Made by a program: the position numbers and the translations under genes. Positions 1 through 12,720 of a DNA stretch of 64,000 nt are shown here, one piece after another. The stretch comes from Monocercomonoides exilis PA203. Lineage: Eukaryota > Protista > Preaxostyla. The stretch's first letter is position 1. Every line of letters starts with the position of its first letter. Location: positions 124,001 to 188,000 of the forward strand of contig LSRY02000038.1 of assembly GCA_001643675.2 (NCBI GenBank). The letters are read 5' to 3'. The notes under the pieces were generated by a model. That model was not told where the DNA came from. It did not search any database and was given only the letters and a program-made list of their open reading frames with translations.

Positions 1-95
1 TTTTCGAAAAAATTCTTGACATAAGCAATGGCTGAACTATATCTCTTCATTTGTCAAAAAGCAGGAGTGAATTAAAAAATGTGATTTATTGATTT

Positions 96-360
96 GGGAC
101 AAAATATCACTTCAGGCATTTTCATAGAAATATTTTGCACTGTGAATAAACCTTGAGTGATCAAAAATTCAAAAAAAATGGGTTCATTTTTTGAAACACG
201 TGTGAGATTCCTAAACACTTTGTGAAATATTTCTGTGATTCATGTCTACAGATTATGAAAGTCTGATTTATTTTAAAATCTGAAAAAGTTTTCAAAGTTA
301 TGAGCTGTTCAAAAATTTGCACAAAGTGCAATAAAAGATTGAAAGTCCGTATTTTCTTCT
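96..360. mobile_element. MITE family A, copy 1 (~265 bp, degenerate), ATTT target-site duplication
   Basis: Flanked by ATTT (92-95) and ATTT (361-364). Starts gggacaaaatatcacttcaggcattttcat and ends gattgaaagtccgtattttcttct. Colinear by eye with 26182-26447 and with the reverse complement of 2074-2341. Confidence 0.7.
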
Positions 361-1258
361 ATTTGAGAATTCTTGTTGTTGTATGTCGGGAATTTCAATG
401 TTAGTGAGGGAAAAAATTATCGATGAATTTCCAACAATTCACTATTTGATAAACATTTTTATTATTCAAATTATTTTCATTCGCATCGTTTGATTCTTTT
501 TTTCATAAGTTGAAAACCATTATCGAATACTTATTCATTAACACAGATTTCAACAAAAAAGATAATATTTTCACATTCATTATTTAAGTGTTTCTTTTTG
601 ATGTCATGTGAACTCTTTCTCAATCGTTCAATTGGTGAAATTGAAAGATAATACAGCATATGAAACTCGAATGTGGCAACGCATCAATAACTCTTATTCA
701 TTTCTTCAACTTGAAAGAACACAAAAATTGCATAAGAATTCACAACTCGATAATCCATTTGATGTCAAGGAAAATTCTTTTTGATAATGTCACAAGGACT
801 TCGACCTTTTTTCCGAAAATCATTTGATATCAAATTAATAACCTATTTGTTGCTTGAGTCCAACAATAATTTGTATTCTTTTATTCATTTTCCAAATATA
901 AAAGGATTTTTAGGAGATAATAAATATATTTTTTAAACATCTTTTTTCCAAACTATTTTTTTTATGTGGTTTTGTTCAAATACAAAGTTGCACTTCTTTG
1001 TTGTTAAAGATCTTTAATTTTTCGCATCATCAATCTTTCAAAATGAATAAAATAGGTAATTGCACAATATACAACAGGCTTGGATATTTCATGAAAAGGT
1101 TTATTGAGAAATTATATAAACACACACACGATTATTAACGAATAATTTTATGCGGAAACTCATTTAAAAATAAAAATGAAATCAGCACTTGCAAATTTAT
1201 ATCATGGGAATAATCATATTTTTTGATCAACACATTTTCAAAATAACAATTGTTTTCA

Positions 1259-2525
1259 ATGGAAATGGAAGATCATGAAATGAAAATACACATACTTAAC
1301 AAGATGTTCCATATTGCTAACGAAACATGGGATTGGTTTCAAAGGGACGTTTTGGATGTATGATTCAAAGAGTGCAGAAAATGCAAAAGAGAAATGTCTT
1401 TGTACAAGAGAAATCTTAACACAAGACAATGGAGATGTTTCCGATGAAACAAAACAATAAGTTAACTATCAGGCTTATCCATTGAAAAACAAAAAGTGGG
1501 ATTAAACAAAATCATGCATATCTTGTTATTCAAATGAATAAAATTATCAATAACACAAACTTCTCTTCTTCTTGGAATTCATAGAAATACTGCACGTTTT
1601 TTTTTCTTTGGCTACAGCTTCCATGTCCAAAATGGAAGCAAATTCATTCGAATGCCTTGGCGTCTGTATTCAATCGCAGAAATAGACGATGCGATTTTGC
1701 TCAAAAGGAAATTTCACAAAGGTCGTTTGAAAAAGCAAATTTGGTTAATTGGAGCAGTTCAGAGAAATGCTGAAGGAAAACAATGGAAAAACTTTATCGT
1801 TTGTGAACGAAATAGGAAAAAAACACTCTATAACATATCATCAAAGCCAATATTTTGCCTGGAACAGCAATACATAGCGAAGAATGGAAAGTATATGCCT
1901 CTCTGGAAGAGATATGGTGTGTGCATAAAACTGTTTGCTGCAAGAATCACTTTCTTGATCCAGAAAGCGAGATTTGAACGAAAATGATTGAAAACATTTT
2001 GAGTAAGTTTCGTAGTGAAATGCCAAAAAATGATATTGGAGAAAAATTTATTGACGATTATACATTCTCATTTGGGGGGAAATACTGATTTTCAAGCTTT
2101 TTTTGCTCTTAGCACTAAAAAATTGCTTCACTTATGACTTTGTTTCACTCACTCAGATTTAAAAATAAATTTGATTTTCATATCTGAAAGCAGGCACCAT
2201 TGAAATCAAATCATAAAGTTTTGTCACATTTCACGTATGTCAAAAAATGGATAGATTTTTATTGTATTTATTGATTAAAAAAAGTCAATGAAAAGTGCAT
2301 AATTTTTCAATTAAAATGCCTGAAGTTAAAAATTCTTCCCCATTTGTTTTTGGCAAGACAAGATAGCTATCATTTGTTGAAACAGTCAAAGCTATTTGCA
2401 GATACAAACAAAAAGAATTTATTGAAGAAGAGGAGGAGGACAATGAAGAAGAAGATGATGATGATGAAGACGTTCCTGTTTTGTCAACTGAAGACGAGGC
2501 AACTTCTGATGATTCTTTGGAGTAA
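1259..2525 (+). pseudogene. Merlin/ISXO2-like transposase pseudogene
   Basis: N-terminal Zn ribbon (ECRKC...WRCFR). EIDDAILLKRKFHKGRLKKQIWLIGAVQR matches the EIDES..KRKY.RGR...W.FG..ER motif. The C-terminal frame IDDYTFSF|VFGKTR*LSFVETVKAICRY...acidic tail rejoins once the MITE at 2074-2341 and one TSD copy are removed. Multiple stops and frameshifts. Confidence 0.85.
2074..2341. mobile_element. MITE family A, copy 2 (268 bp), inserted in the Merlin transposase, ATTT TSD
   Basis: ATTT|GGGGGGAAATACTGATTTTCAAGC ... GCCTGAAGTTAAAAATTCTTCCCC|ATTT, with imperfect TIRs. Its reverse complement aligns end to end with 26182-26447. Confidence 0.85.
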
Positions 2526-2751
2526 GTGATAGGGCTGAGCATTCTGAATATGAGCCAGAATAAACGAAAAACAATTTCTTTCACTCATCATTATTTATTC
2601 GCATCATTCGTTTCACAATGAATACAAAAAACCTATATTTTTTTCTTTTTCTTTAGGAAAATTGGATTTTGATCATATTTTTGAAATGAAAAAATAACAC
2701 GTTTCCGCAAGAAATCTGAAAAAAACATTGCACGAGAATGAAATAATATAT

Positions 2752-2989
2752 GGGTGATTCTTTTTGAAAAGTCGCAAATATTTAATTTTCTACAGATCAA
2801 AATTTTCATATTTTGCTCAAAGTCCTTTAAACATTCATCAAACTTCACCAAAATGGAATCTATTACTTGATAATGCTATTTCAAGCATTCTTGAGAAGTT
2901 TTGTGAGCTGAAACAGAAATTTGAGCAAAATATGAAAATTTTGATCTGTAGAAAATTAAACATTTGCGACTTTTCAAAAAGAATCACCC
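2752..2989. mobile_element. MITE family B (238 bp, ~70-bp near-perfect TIRs), ATAT TSD, nested in Merlin
   Basis: ATAT|GGGTGATTCTTTTTGAAAAGTCGCAAATATTTAATTTTCTACAGATCAAAATTTTCATATTTTGCTCAAA, with its near-exact reverse complement ending GAATCACCC|ATAT. Confidence 0.9.
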
Positions 2990-3379
2990 ATATCTTGTAT
3001 TTATATATTTATCAGAATTTCAAACGGTCGTATATTGTGCAATAACCATCAAATATTTTTTATTGTTTAAATATTCATTCTCAAGCTAATAAAACAAAAT
3101 TCAAATGCCTGATTTTCCATATTTTTTCTGAGTTCCTATCTTTTGGAAATGAATTTTGTTCGTGAAATCCAAGAAATAATTTGTAAGAAAATTATGATAA
3201 ATTTTCTGAAGATAAATTGTGAGCTTTGATCGAATAACTTGAAATTACAAAATCCAACAAACTTTATAACAGCATAAAGAATTTATTTAGAAGAAAAAGA
3301 AAAAGAAAAAAAAAAATTGTTTTGAAGCAAACAAAATTGAAACAAAAATTGCGAAAAACACTTTCTCTCAATTATTAAA

Positions 3380-4850
3380 CAGAGATGAAGTTTGGATGCA
3401 AAACTTTAAGTTGCTTTCTCTTCTCCTTTTCTCAGACCAATTCTTTCTGATTGTTTTGCCAGGCACTCCAAAAGTTTGAAGATCTTCCATTTTCTGCTTC
3501 TTGTCGAAAGTGATTGAAATGATTGCAAATGACAGCAGCAAAGCTTTCAACACAGCTCGAGTCATCTTCTGTTGCATTTGCCATCAGCAGATGAAGGAGA
3601 CAATGAAAGAGATGATGAATGAAGAGGAAGAGGAAGAGGAGGAGGAGGAGGAAGAAGAAGAAGAAATAGACTGAACAGAAGATAAGTTCATTGTGTAATG
3701 CGTGCTGATTGTCATTTTCTGTGGTTATTTTGCTTGAGATGAGATTGCAATGACAGAAGATGAAAAGCTGTTGAATGGAAAAGAAGATGCAGTCGATGAA
3801 TTTGTTGGATAAAAAAAAGACACGAAAAAAGAATATGTTTCTTTTCTTTTCTTTTCTTTTTTTCCATCTCAGAAAATGGAATGAATATTAATGCTGATGC
3901 AAAGAAGAGAGAAGCATCATCACCCATTTTGTGAAAGAATCATTCCAAGTCAGAGCACAGGAATCGACTTGATACGCACAGCGAAGAGTGCCAATCAGCA
4001 TTCACTCATTGCTTTCTGGCGGATAACAAACAAACAGAAAGGCAATAAAATAAAACTAAACAAAACAAAACAAAAATAAAATGATAGAAAATAAAGTTTG
4101 CATTTGAAAGAGCTATTCAATGAAAGAACGGCAGCTTTGCAGCAAAGTGTCGCTGTTGTCTATCTGCTGTGCTAGCAAGCTGATATAAACAGCAAAAACA
4201 GTCATTTTCTTTTTTCCGTTGAAATGCTCATCTTCATTTGTCATTTGAGCAACTGAAATGCAAATTGCATCTCTGATAGATCACTTGGCACATCTGTTAT
4301 CCTGTTTCATTGAAATGTTTGCTGCATTTGTCCTTTCCCTCCGAATGACAGCACAGAAAATTCAACTGCTTTCTTCTTTGCTCAGCAACTTGAATATCAC
4401 TCGTTTCAGACTTCACAGACGCACATTTGAATTTATCAAAATTGAAACTGAGGATAAAAAGGTCATAATTACCAAGCACTTCAATATCCAACAGAACAGT
4501 TATCGTGTTCACCGCATTGCGAATGCGTTGTAATAGCAAATATTTCACAGCTGTAAATTCGATGTTGGAGCTGCGTCGATTGAAATGATTTGCAATGCGA
4601 CAATTATTGAATAGAAAACAGGTTATTTTCAATCAAGTTGAATTCGTTTCCCATCTGCTCTGGAAAATAACTCCAAAAAAGAGCAGTAAAACATTTAAAT
4701 ATGAAATTTCCGTTTGCGAACTTGTATCAGAAGAATAAACCAACTTTTTTGCAACTCCTTGAACACATTTGGCGAAAGAATGCGCCCATAAGCAGCCGTA
4801 GTGCAGCTGAATTGCAAAATTCCTTGAATAAAGCAAATTATTTCTGAAGA
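3380..4850 (-). pseudogene. degenerate remnant of a surface-protein family gene
   Basis: Short broken minus-strand frames with family-like fragments (GCLWAHSFAKCVQG; FNFDKFKCASV; a poly-Ser patch near 3620-3670). No long ORF. Confidence 0.4.
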
Positions 4851-5340
4851 AAAAATGCTTCGAGGAGAAGCAAAATCAACGCTTCAAGAAAAATGATTAT
4901 ATCAAAAAATATGACTTTTCAGATGTCCGAGGAAAATTGATAACAACCGAAGGAAGATGGGGAAAATGACGATTTTCACATGTTTTCTTCATTAACATTT
5001 TGTTTGATTTTGAATGAAAAATGAATCAGAGCAACAAAAATGAAATAAAAAGGTTCAAACTTTCAAAATACCCGAGGTGGTTTTCTCGAAATCTTTATGG
5101 AAAATAAATACTAAGAAAAGTTTATCAAAAAAAGTCCTCAAATTAACTGAAATCATTGTTGAAATCGAGTCATTTTATTTTTCTAACAATGAATATAAAA
5201 ATATGGTAAACAGAATCAGAAAACACAAAAAACATCGAACCCATCATATAATAAGACATGTTGTAGGTAAATGAGTTCTTTTGTTGTTTTGATCAATCAG
5301 TGAATAATTGAAATATTTGAATTGTTAGAAAAATCAAATC

Positions 5341-8300
5341 ATGCTTGTGCAGTGTGTATCTGTGATATTTGTTGCATTTTCTGTTTTGTCGCAAACAACA
5401 GATCCAGCGAATACGGCGACAACTGTGTTTGTCAAAAGCGGGGCAACAGGGGGAAATGGAAAGACATTTGATTCACCTGTTGGAAGTTTGAAAGGAGCGT
5501 ATGACTTGCTTGCAGAAACAAGCAATCAAATGTTTACCATTAAAGTTATCAAAGGCGATGCCCTTAAAGCTGAAGCAATAACATTCGATAAGTCAACAGG
5601 AATCACGATTGAAGGAATAACTAATGCAGATGGAACAAACGAAAAAGTTGAGATAGATTGCGATGCAAAATCATATTGTAATCTGTTTGAGTGCAAACAA
5701 ATTGTGATGTTCAAATATTTAATATTCGACTTCCCAACAACGCTGGTACCGTATGGCTGTGGATTGAGAACAAATGCCGGCCCATTCGCGCTTATTCATG
5801 CTGTGGCAGGAACAGAAAATGAAGCAGGATCAGCTTTTCTACGGATTGAAAACTGTGACTTTGTTCGACCAACAACAGGAGAAGTTGAAATTCATCTTGT
5901 GAAAGTGAGTGCAGGATCATTTGCTATGGATACTGTTGAGTGCACTGATGAAACGAATACTGCAACATTTACAGAAACACCATTTTTGGTGGATGGAGCA
6001 GCAAGAGTTTCATTGGCATCATTGAATTTAAGAAAGATTACATCAAGTTCAAATTCTGTGGTGAAAATCTCAAGTACAAATAAAATTGAGATTTCATTGG
6101 ACTATTGCACTTTCACAGGATGCGTTTCAAGCGGTACAACAACAGCAACAAGTGGAGCATTATATGTTGAAAGCGTCTCAGCAGACAGCATATTTTGGAT
6201 AAGAAATACAGGCCCAACAACATTCACCACATGCACCTGCGAAAATGGAAAATCAGGAGGAATCTATTTGAAGATGACGGGAATTTGGGAAGCGAGCAGA
6301 TTGAGTTGGCCAGCAACAAAAGAGAATTTGGTATTCACTGGTTGTGCTGTAGGAGAATGGGATTCAATCAAGAACACAGGATTGTATTTGGATGTGCCAG
6401 TGAGCCTTCATGAGGAGATAGCAGCAGCTATGAAGCGAAGTTTTGCAGCCGATTACATATGTGCATTTCATTTGTGGTTTGTTGCAGCAAAAGGAGCAGA
6501 TGGAAATGATGTCGATTTCACATCAACATATTTTGATCCTCAGCTGTCACCTCCAAACATAACCTGTGTATATGCGAAGAATGGGGGACGTGGCAATGGT
6601 CTGACAAAGGAAGAGCCGATAGGCAGTTTGAAAGATGCATATGAGAAATTAGCGGAAGGAAAAACCGAACTTAATATTTCCGTGTTGAAGGGTTCAGGTG
6701 CTTTGAAAGCAGAAGTTGTGACATTTAGCAAAGCCAGAAATATGAGCATTAGAGGATTTTCAGCAAACGGGGGATATAATGAAACAGTTGCAATAGATTG
6801 CAATATTCAGTCAGAGCACGATCTGTTCACATGTGAGCATTTTGTTCATTTTGAAAGATTGGCTTTCCAGTTTCCAGCAACTTTGGACAGGAATCAGGCT
6901 GGCAGCACAACGACAGATGATGCAGGATTTGCGTTGATTGCAACTGGTTATAATTCTGAATGCATTCACTTGGAACGTGTTAGCTTTGTCCGTCCACTAT
7001 TTGGAGATATTCCCGTGAAGATACATCTTGTGAAGGCGACACATGGTGATATTCATATGTTTAATGTTGAATGTTTGGATGACAGCAATTGCGTCACATT
7101 TGCTGTGTCACCATTTTTATTTGCTGGTGCAGGTCCCTTATTAATGTCAAGCATTACCATATTATTTCTCGATATAAGTAATTTCTTTGTAAACAATTTT
7201 GCCTCATTGATCCGAGCTAACTATGTGGATTTTGATATTCACTATTCAAATATTCTCTCTGCGCAAATTCGTGAAAGTGGAGGAACTTTGCTGAATATTG
7301 AGAACAGCAATATTTCGCTGAGTTCAATAAATATGATTGGCTCAAGCAATTTAGCAGCAGGAACGAAAGCGGCTGAGAATGAGAATTATGAAGAAAACGG
7401 GAAAGAAGAAGAAGAACATTTGAGCTGCCAATTTGAGAGAGCAGCTTTTTCCTTTAAGAATTGCACAACAAATATCTCTTATGTCATATTTACAAATTCG
7501 TCTTTTGGAGCTTTGAAAGTGGTTGAAGGGAAAACAGTTCTTGATGACGTTTCGTTTGTGGGCAACGCAACAGACTCAGCAAATTATATTTCAGTGCAGC
7601 GGAACGTTTTGTGTGAGAGGGGCGAGCTTGAAATCCGTTCATATATCGATGAGACTGGCAGAAGAGATCCAGATCGTCTGGGCGAAGGGGAGTATCTGGA
7701 AATGTGGATGCAGAGCAATCAATGCACTGTCAGAGGGATTTTCGACTCGACAAGAGACGAAGGCTGCCATCTTGCTGAAGAAGAGCTGAGGGAATTTCCT
7801 CAAAAAGTGTATCTGTTCTGCCGGCCACATATTTCGGGGAATGTTCGGAGCGAAGACGAAGAAGACATTTCTGTTCATTTCACTGGAAGGAATCTTCTTC
7901 CGTGTCTCGTGTCGTTCGAGTGCTGGGGGATGGATGCGTCGAATGCAACAGCCGAAAAGCAGGTGACCCGGATGCCGTTTTGGAGGAGCACTTTTGAGCA
8001 GGCGGAGGAAGTTGTGGTGGAAGTGCGGAAGAGTCAGCTGCTGTCTCTGTTTGGCGGAACAGAAATGCAGATTTATGTTCGGGCAGTGCTGAAGCTGAGA
8101 GAAGACACGATTTCTGGGGAGGATGGGAGTGGAGGCTGTGTTGTGAAGACAGAATGCGTTCTTGTGCAGAACATGTCAGGCTCAGCGAGGGGAAGCGGCG
8201 AGGGCAGCGCAGAACAGCCGAAGCAGTTTGCTTGGTGGATTGTTGTTGTGGCTGTTGGTGGTGTGGCGATTGCTGTTGTGGCAGTGTATGCGATTCTGGT

Positions 8301-9345
8301 TGTGGTTCAGAAGAAGCAGAGGAAGAAGAAGAGGGGATCAAAGGAGTGGATCGATATTGGAGAGGAAGATGAGACGGATGAGAAAGAAGAGGCAGATGAA
8401 AAGAGAGAGAAACAGGAGGTGCTTAAAGAAGAAGGCAGAATGATGAGAAATCCAGTGATGGAGGCACATTCAGAGCGAAATGTGCAGCCTGTTCCAATTT
8501 ATGATCTTGGAGCAACAACTCAATCAGTTTTCGTGCTGAAGTCAGAGGCAGAAGAGAATGAAGGCAACTTCTTGAAAAATAAGCAAATGAATAACACAGA
8601 AAATGAAAAGCATTTGAAAGAGTCGATGAAACAACAGAGTGGCAGAGCTTGTGATGATGAGCATTGCAGAAGCCAAACATCAAAAGCAACCAAGGCAGTT
8701 GAATTTTTGAAGCCGAATTGGGAAAACGGAGCAAATTCATTCAGAAGCAATTTGTCGAGTGCTGCTCTTCTTTCGAATGAAAATGCATCAATCACACAAC
8801 ACTTGAACAGCATGCCAGGCAGATTGAATGAATCAGCAGTTCATTTTGAGCAAAGAGCAGAAAATGAAATGTTGGGAGATTCATTTGTTGAAGACATTGT
8901 GAGGCAGATTTTGCCTTCGTCGACTGCTTCGTGTGAGTGGAATGAAGGCGGATGGCAAGCAAATGGATTGGCAGTGCATTCAGCAGGAGTTGTTGCAGAA
9001 GGAAACATTTTGCATCAGCTGTCATACAGTGAAATGGATGAAAGGGGAATGGTCTATGAGAATGTCAATGAAACAGCAACAAGGCAGAAAGAGAAAAATA
9101 AGGGGAAGAAGGGGAAAAGAAGGAAAGGGAAAAAACAAAAACATTTGAAAGCAAATGATGAACATGAAAATGAAGAAGAAGAAGAAGAAAATGATGAGAT
9201 GGAAGAAGAAGAAGAACAGACAACGAAAAAGAGAAAGAAGAAGAAGAAGAAGAAAGCAAAGAAATGTGAAAGAACTGAAGAGGAAGAGGAAAATGAAGAA
9301 GAAGAAGAAGGAAATGAAGAAAACGAAATGTTGGATGATTTGTAA
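5341..9345 (+). CDS. type-I membrane surface protein (signal peptide, duplicated beta-helix-like modules, TM, charged cytoplasmic tail)
   Basis: 1334-aa intronless ORF with a hydrophobic N-terminus. Two repeats of VxxKxGxxGNGxTxxxPxGSLKxAY...IDC...LFxC. TM segment WWIVVVAVGGVAIAVVAVYAILVVV followed by KKQRKKKR. Confidence 0.85.
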   Translation: MLVQCVSVIFVAFSVLSQTTDPANTATTVFVKSGATGGNGKTFDSPVGSLKGAYDLLAETSNQMFTIKVIKGDALKAEAITFDKSTGITIEGITNADGTNEKVEIDCDAKSYCNLFECKQIVMFKYLIFDFPTTLVPYGCGLRTNAGPFALIHAVAGTENEAGSAFLRIENCDFVRPTTGEVEIHLVKVSAGSFAMDTVECTDETNTATFTETPFLVDGAARVSLASLNLRKITSSSNSVVKISSTNKIEISLDYCTFTGCVSSGTTTATSGALYVESVSADSIFWIRNTGPTTFTTCTCENGKSGGIYLKMTGIWEASRLSWPATKENLVFTGCAVGEWDSIKNTGLYLDVPVSLHEEIAAAMKRSFAADYICAFHLWFVAAKGADGNDVDFTSTYFDPQLSPPNITCVYAKNGGRGNGLTKEEPIGSLKDAYEKLAEGKTELNISVLKGSGALKAEVVTFSKARNMSIRGFSANGGYNETVAIDCNIQSEHDLFTCEHFVHFERLAFQFPATLDRNQAGSTTTDDAGFALIATGYNSECIHLERVSFVRPLFGDIPVKIHLVKATHGDIHMFNVECLDDSNCVTFAVSPFLFAGAGPLLMSSITILFLDISNFFVNNFASLIRANYVDFDIHYSNILSAQIRESGGTLLNIENSNISLSSINMIGSSNLAAGTKAAENENYEENGKEEEEHLSCQFERAAFSFKNCTTNISYVIFTNSSFGALKVVEGKTVLDDVSFVGNATDSANYISVQRNVLCERGELEIRSYIDETGRRDPDRLGEGEYLEMWMQSNQCTVRGIFDSTRDEGCHLAEEELREFPQKVYLFCRPHISGNVRSEDEEDISVHFTGRNLLPCLVSFECWGMDASNATAEKQVTRMPFWRSTFEQAEEVVVEVRKSQLLSLFGGTEMQIYVRAVLKLREDTISGEDGSGGCVVKTECVLVQNMSGSARGSGEGSAEQPKQFAWWIVVVAVGGVAIAVVAVYAILVVVQKKQRKKKRGSKEWIDIGEEDETDEKEEADEKREKQEVLKEEGRMMRNPVMEAHSERNVQPVPIYDLGATTQSVFVLKSEAEENEGNFLKNKQMNNTENEKHLKESMKQQSGRACDDEHCRSQTSKATKAVEFLKPNWENGANSFRSNLSSAALLSNENASITQHLNSMPGRLNESAVHFEQRAENEMLGDSFVEDIVRQILPSSTASCEWNEGGWQANGLAVHSAGVVAEGNILHQLSYSEMDERGMVYENVNETATRQKEKNKGKKGKRRKGKKQKHLKANDEHENEEEEEENDEMEEEEEQTTKKRKKKKKKKAKKCERTEEEEENEEEEEGNEENEMLDDL

Positions 9346-10829
9346 CAGCAGAAATGTTGTGAATTGGGAATGAAAGGGAATGGTGTTTTTGAGCAACGCG
9401 TGTTGAATTTTGTCTGTCTTTTCCATCTTCTCCTGCTGTTTGTTGTGTTTCATCGAAAAGTGAGCAATTACCCAAAAAGCTGGCTTTGTTGAATGAAGAA
9501 GAACAGAATCTTTTGAAAAAGGAAGGAAAAGTGTTATTAAATTTTTTGCTTGACAAAAACATTCTGTGAATTGGAGAAAAAGAAGAGCTTTGAAGCAATT
9601 CAGAAGAATATTACGAAAAAGGAGAGAAATTCGAGGAAAGAGAGAATAAATTTAACAACAAAAGATTCAAAGCCAAAGGGATCATTCGAGAAGAATGAGA
9701 ATTCTATCGGGTAGAACGAAAAGTTTCAATTGGCCAATCATTTGATCTGTTTGAGCTGTTGTTTTTGTGGAATTCAGAAAATTTATTGAACTTTCATTCA
9801 AAAAAAGTGAGTTTTATTCGATTTCCTCCAACAAATCATATCTTCTTCCATAAATTTTAACAGCTTTCATTTTCTTTTCTTTTTTGAAGTATTTTCGTGT
9901 TTCTTTTGAAGAAACCAACTTTTATATGTTGAGCAGCTGAAGTTGAGCATTTTCTATGTTTTTTCTGATATGTATTACAATACTGTTTTCTTTTGTGAAA
10001 TATGATATTCTTAACAGAATTGATTTATATGAAATATGTGTGATTTTTCGTTTGTGCTTTTTTCGTTGTTGGACATATTTTGAAATTCTTCTGTTTTATT
10101 CATCTTCAATTTTGTGCGCTTTTTCATTTTCATTCGTTTTTTAAAAGTTAAATGAGCATTTTATCGGAATTGAAGATTTTTATTTTTGTAGTTGGAACAA
10201 ATGAGCCAGGTTGTGATTTCATTTGAAATTGTCTTGTTTCATGCTTTCTATCAAGATTCTTGTGCTGTGTTTTATTTGTCTGATTAAACATTTCTTTTAT
10301 TTGTATGTTTTCAACTCCAATTTTTTGTCAATAATTATTTCTATATGTTTATGAAGATTGAGCATTAATGAAGTTAAATGTTTCTCTGCTTCCACTTCAA
10401 CTTCAAAGTAATTTTCTTTTTTCTTTTTTCTTTTTTTGACAATTTTTATTGATGTTTTATTGCAAGCATTATTGTTGTTCACTATTGAAAAAGTCAATTC
10501 ACATTTGGTTAGTTTTCTTTCGTGTTGAATTTGCATTTCTTGCTCTTTTCGATTTCAATTTACAATTAATTTACAAAAAAAATTATTTTCAAGATTACCA
10601 AATATTTTTAAATATGTTTGAAAGCAAATGATTTGAGAGATTTCCCTTCAAGTCCCACACTTGTTAACAACTTATTTCAAAATCAAATAAAACAAGTCAA
10701 TGAAAAGAAACGTTTTTGAATAACAAGGAAAAATAAAATCAAAAATTGTCAATATTTCATCGTCAGTTGAAGGAAAACTCAAAGAAAAACTCATATGCAA
10801 GAACAAAAAACTATTTTCTTGAAGAAAAA

Positions 10830-12360
10830 GAAAATTATTTCTTCATCCTCTTCCTCTTCTTGTTTTTCCGCAATTTATCTTCAATCTTTTTTTTTTCATC
10901 TTTCATTGTCTTGAACAATTGTTGATAAGGACAAACAAACAGAAAGCTTCTCAGTACCTCTCACAAAATGAGAGGTCATATCTTATTTCAGAAACAATTT
11001 CATTTGTTCCTCCAAAACTTTTTTCAATCACCCAGCTTTTCAAAAGAAATTCCTCCGTTTTTGACACACTCGTTCAAATCGCTCTCAAAAGGAAGCAAAC
11101 ATTTTTCAAAGGAATATTTCACCACCACACTTCCTCGTTGTTCTGCAAAGCTTCACCACGCTTGAAAGTGGCTTTGTGATTTCTTTGCTCTTCATCTGGA
11201 AAAGCCTATGAAATGTCTCAAGTCTTGTGTTCCACATCTTTTTTGTCTTCATTTTTTCTTTTCCTTCTTCATTATTCAGTTTATCTCTTTTCTTTGAACA
11301 CGACTCCTTTTAAGCTCTTCCAGTTCTCCTGCTGATTCCTTTAAGAAATGGAGCACGTTCACGCCTGTGCTTTCCCATTTCCATTTCCTTTGACATTCTT
11401 CAAGTGAAAGCTAACAAATATGTTAATATTCAAGACGAATCAGTAACTTGTGTTCCTGATGATTCTTGAAAGCTTCGCTTGTCTCATTCTTGAACAGCTC
11501 TTTTGACACATCAAACTTCAAGTTTTTTTTTTTTTTTTTCATGCAAAATTTTTCTCTTTTTTGAAAAAAAATACTATCTTTCTCACACTTTATCAGTGGC
11601 AATGCTAATCAAAACAAATTTACCATTTCAATAACTTTGATGTTCTTTATTCCATCATTCTTTTTTATACATATTTCAACAGGCGAGCGATGTGCTTGAA
11701 GAGAACTTTCATTGAAAAGAAACATCTCTAAAATAATAGAAATAGAGAGCACCCATAAGGGCAAATAACCATTTTTTCATTCCTCTCTATTGTTCCACCT
11801 TCTTCTTCTATTATCATTCTTTTGTTAAATTAACTCACTGGAATTAGTTGAATAATTCTGTCAATGTTTCAAAATGGTATTTGTTATGACAAATGTGACC
11901 AAAAAGGAGAACAGGATATTCGACTGAAATTTTCCTTTCTCTCATTGTTTTTAAAGTTCATTGAAAACATCTTCGCAGGGGATGATATAATTTTCTTTCT
12001 CTATCATCTTGAATAGCATCCCTTCGCACTTCTTCAATAATCATCTCTTGCTTGGTTCCATTGAAACTGCTTGTCTGAAAAAGAGTTTTCAGAAAACAAT
12101 CACTTTGTGCTATCAAACAAAAAGGAAAATATATCTGAAACAATATCATTTATTTATAAGAAAACATCTGAATCTATTCCGATTGAATGAGTCCATCATT
12201 TGCAACATTTTCTTCAATTTGCTTCTCCCCAAAAAGAACACTTTGAACAATGTTTGTATGATATTCAGAAGCCAACAAACAAACATAATAAATTATCAAA
12301 TGGAATGTTTTTGTGAAATAATAAAGTGCTGGTGTTGTATTTTTTGAAATGAAAACCATT
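10830..12360 (-). pseudogene. highly decayed paralog of the helical family at 51227-52651
   Basis: The minus strand near 11300-11365 encodes VNVLHFLKESAGELEELKRS, versus VNVMHFAREAARELEELARC in the 51887 ORF. Other fragments resemble FEKMII..E...LCEC and EEEGYEDVI. Many stops. Confidence 0.6.
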
Positions 12361-12720
12361 CACAAATGCAAACATAAAAACAGATAAAGTATCAAAAATA
12401 CATACATATGCAACAAAAAACACTCAGCTGCAAAAACACAAGCAAATAAAAATATTTTATCACACAAATATTGATAAATATTTGACTATATACAAATGAA
12501 AAAAAAAATATTTTCTTGCACAAAACAAGACAGAGGTGCTGACACGCTAAATGGATTGGAATTACATCAAGAAGGAAAGAAACTGAGAATTATTCAAAAC
12601 AAACAAAAACAAAAAACAAACACAAACACAAAATTGACTTAAAAATTCTAATGAATACTCAATTCAAAACAATGCAAAAACAAAACTTTTTCTCCTCTCA
12701 AAATTATTCAATCAACCAAT

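Larger units (their letters stand above)
1055..3047 (+). mobile_element. Merlin (IS1016/ISXO2-like) DNA transposon, decayed, with two nested MITEs
   Basis: The left TIR GGTAATTGCACAATATACAACAG (from 1055) matches the reverse complement of CGGTCGTATATTGTGCAATAACC (ending 3047). Termini are GG...CC. The 8-bp flanks ATAAAATA / ATCAAATA match at 7 of 8 positions, consistent with a TSD. The element encloses an ISXO2-type transposase remnant. Confidence 0.88.

Noticed and set aside
540-1040. Coding-like minus-strand remnant left of the Merlin element
   Set aside because: Broken frames with no recognisable motif, so it cannot be assigned.
96-2341. 96-360 and 2074-2341 as long TIRs of the Merlin element, or 2074-26447 as a 24-kb giant transposon
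   Set aside because: Each copy has its own imperfect TIRs and its own 4-bp TSD, and the true Merlin ends are at 1055 and 3047.
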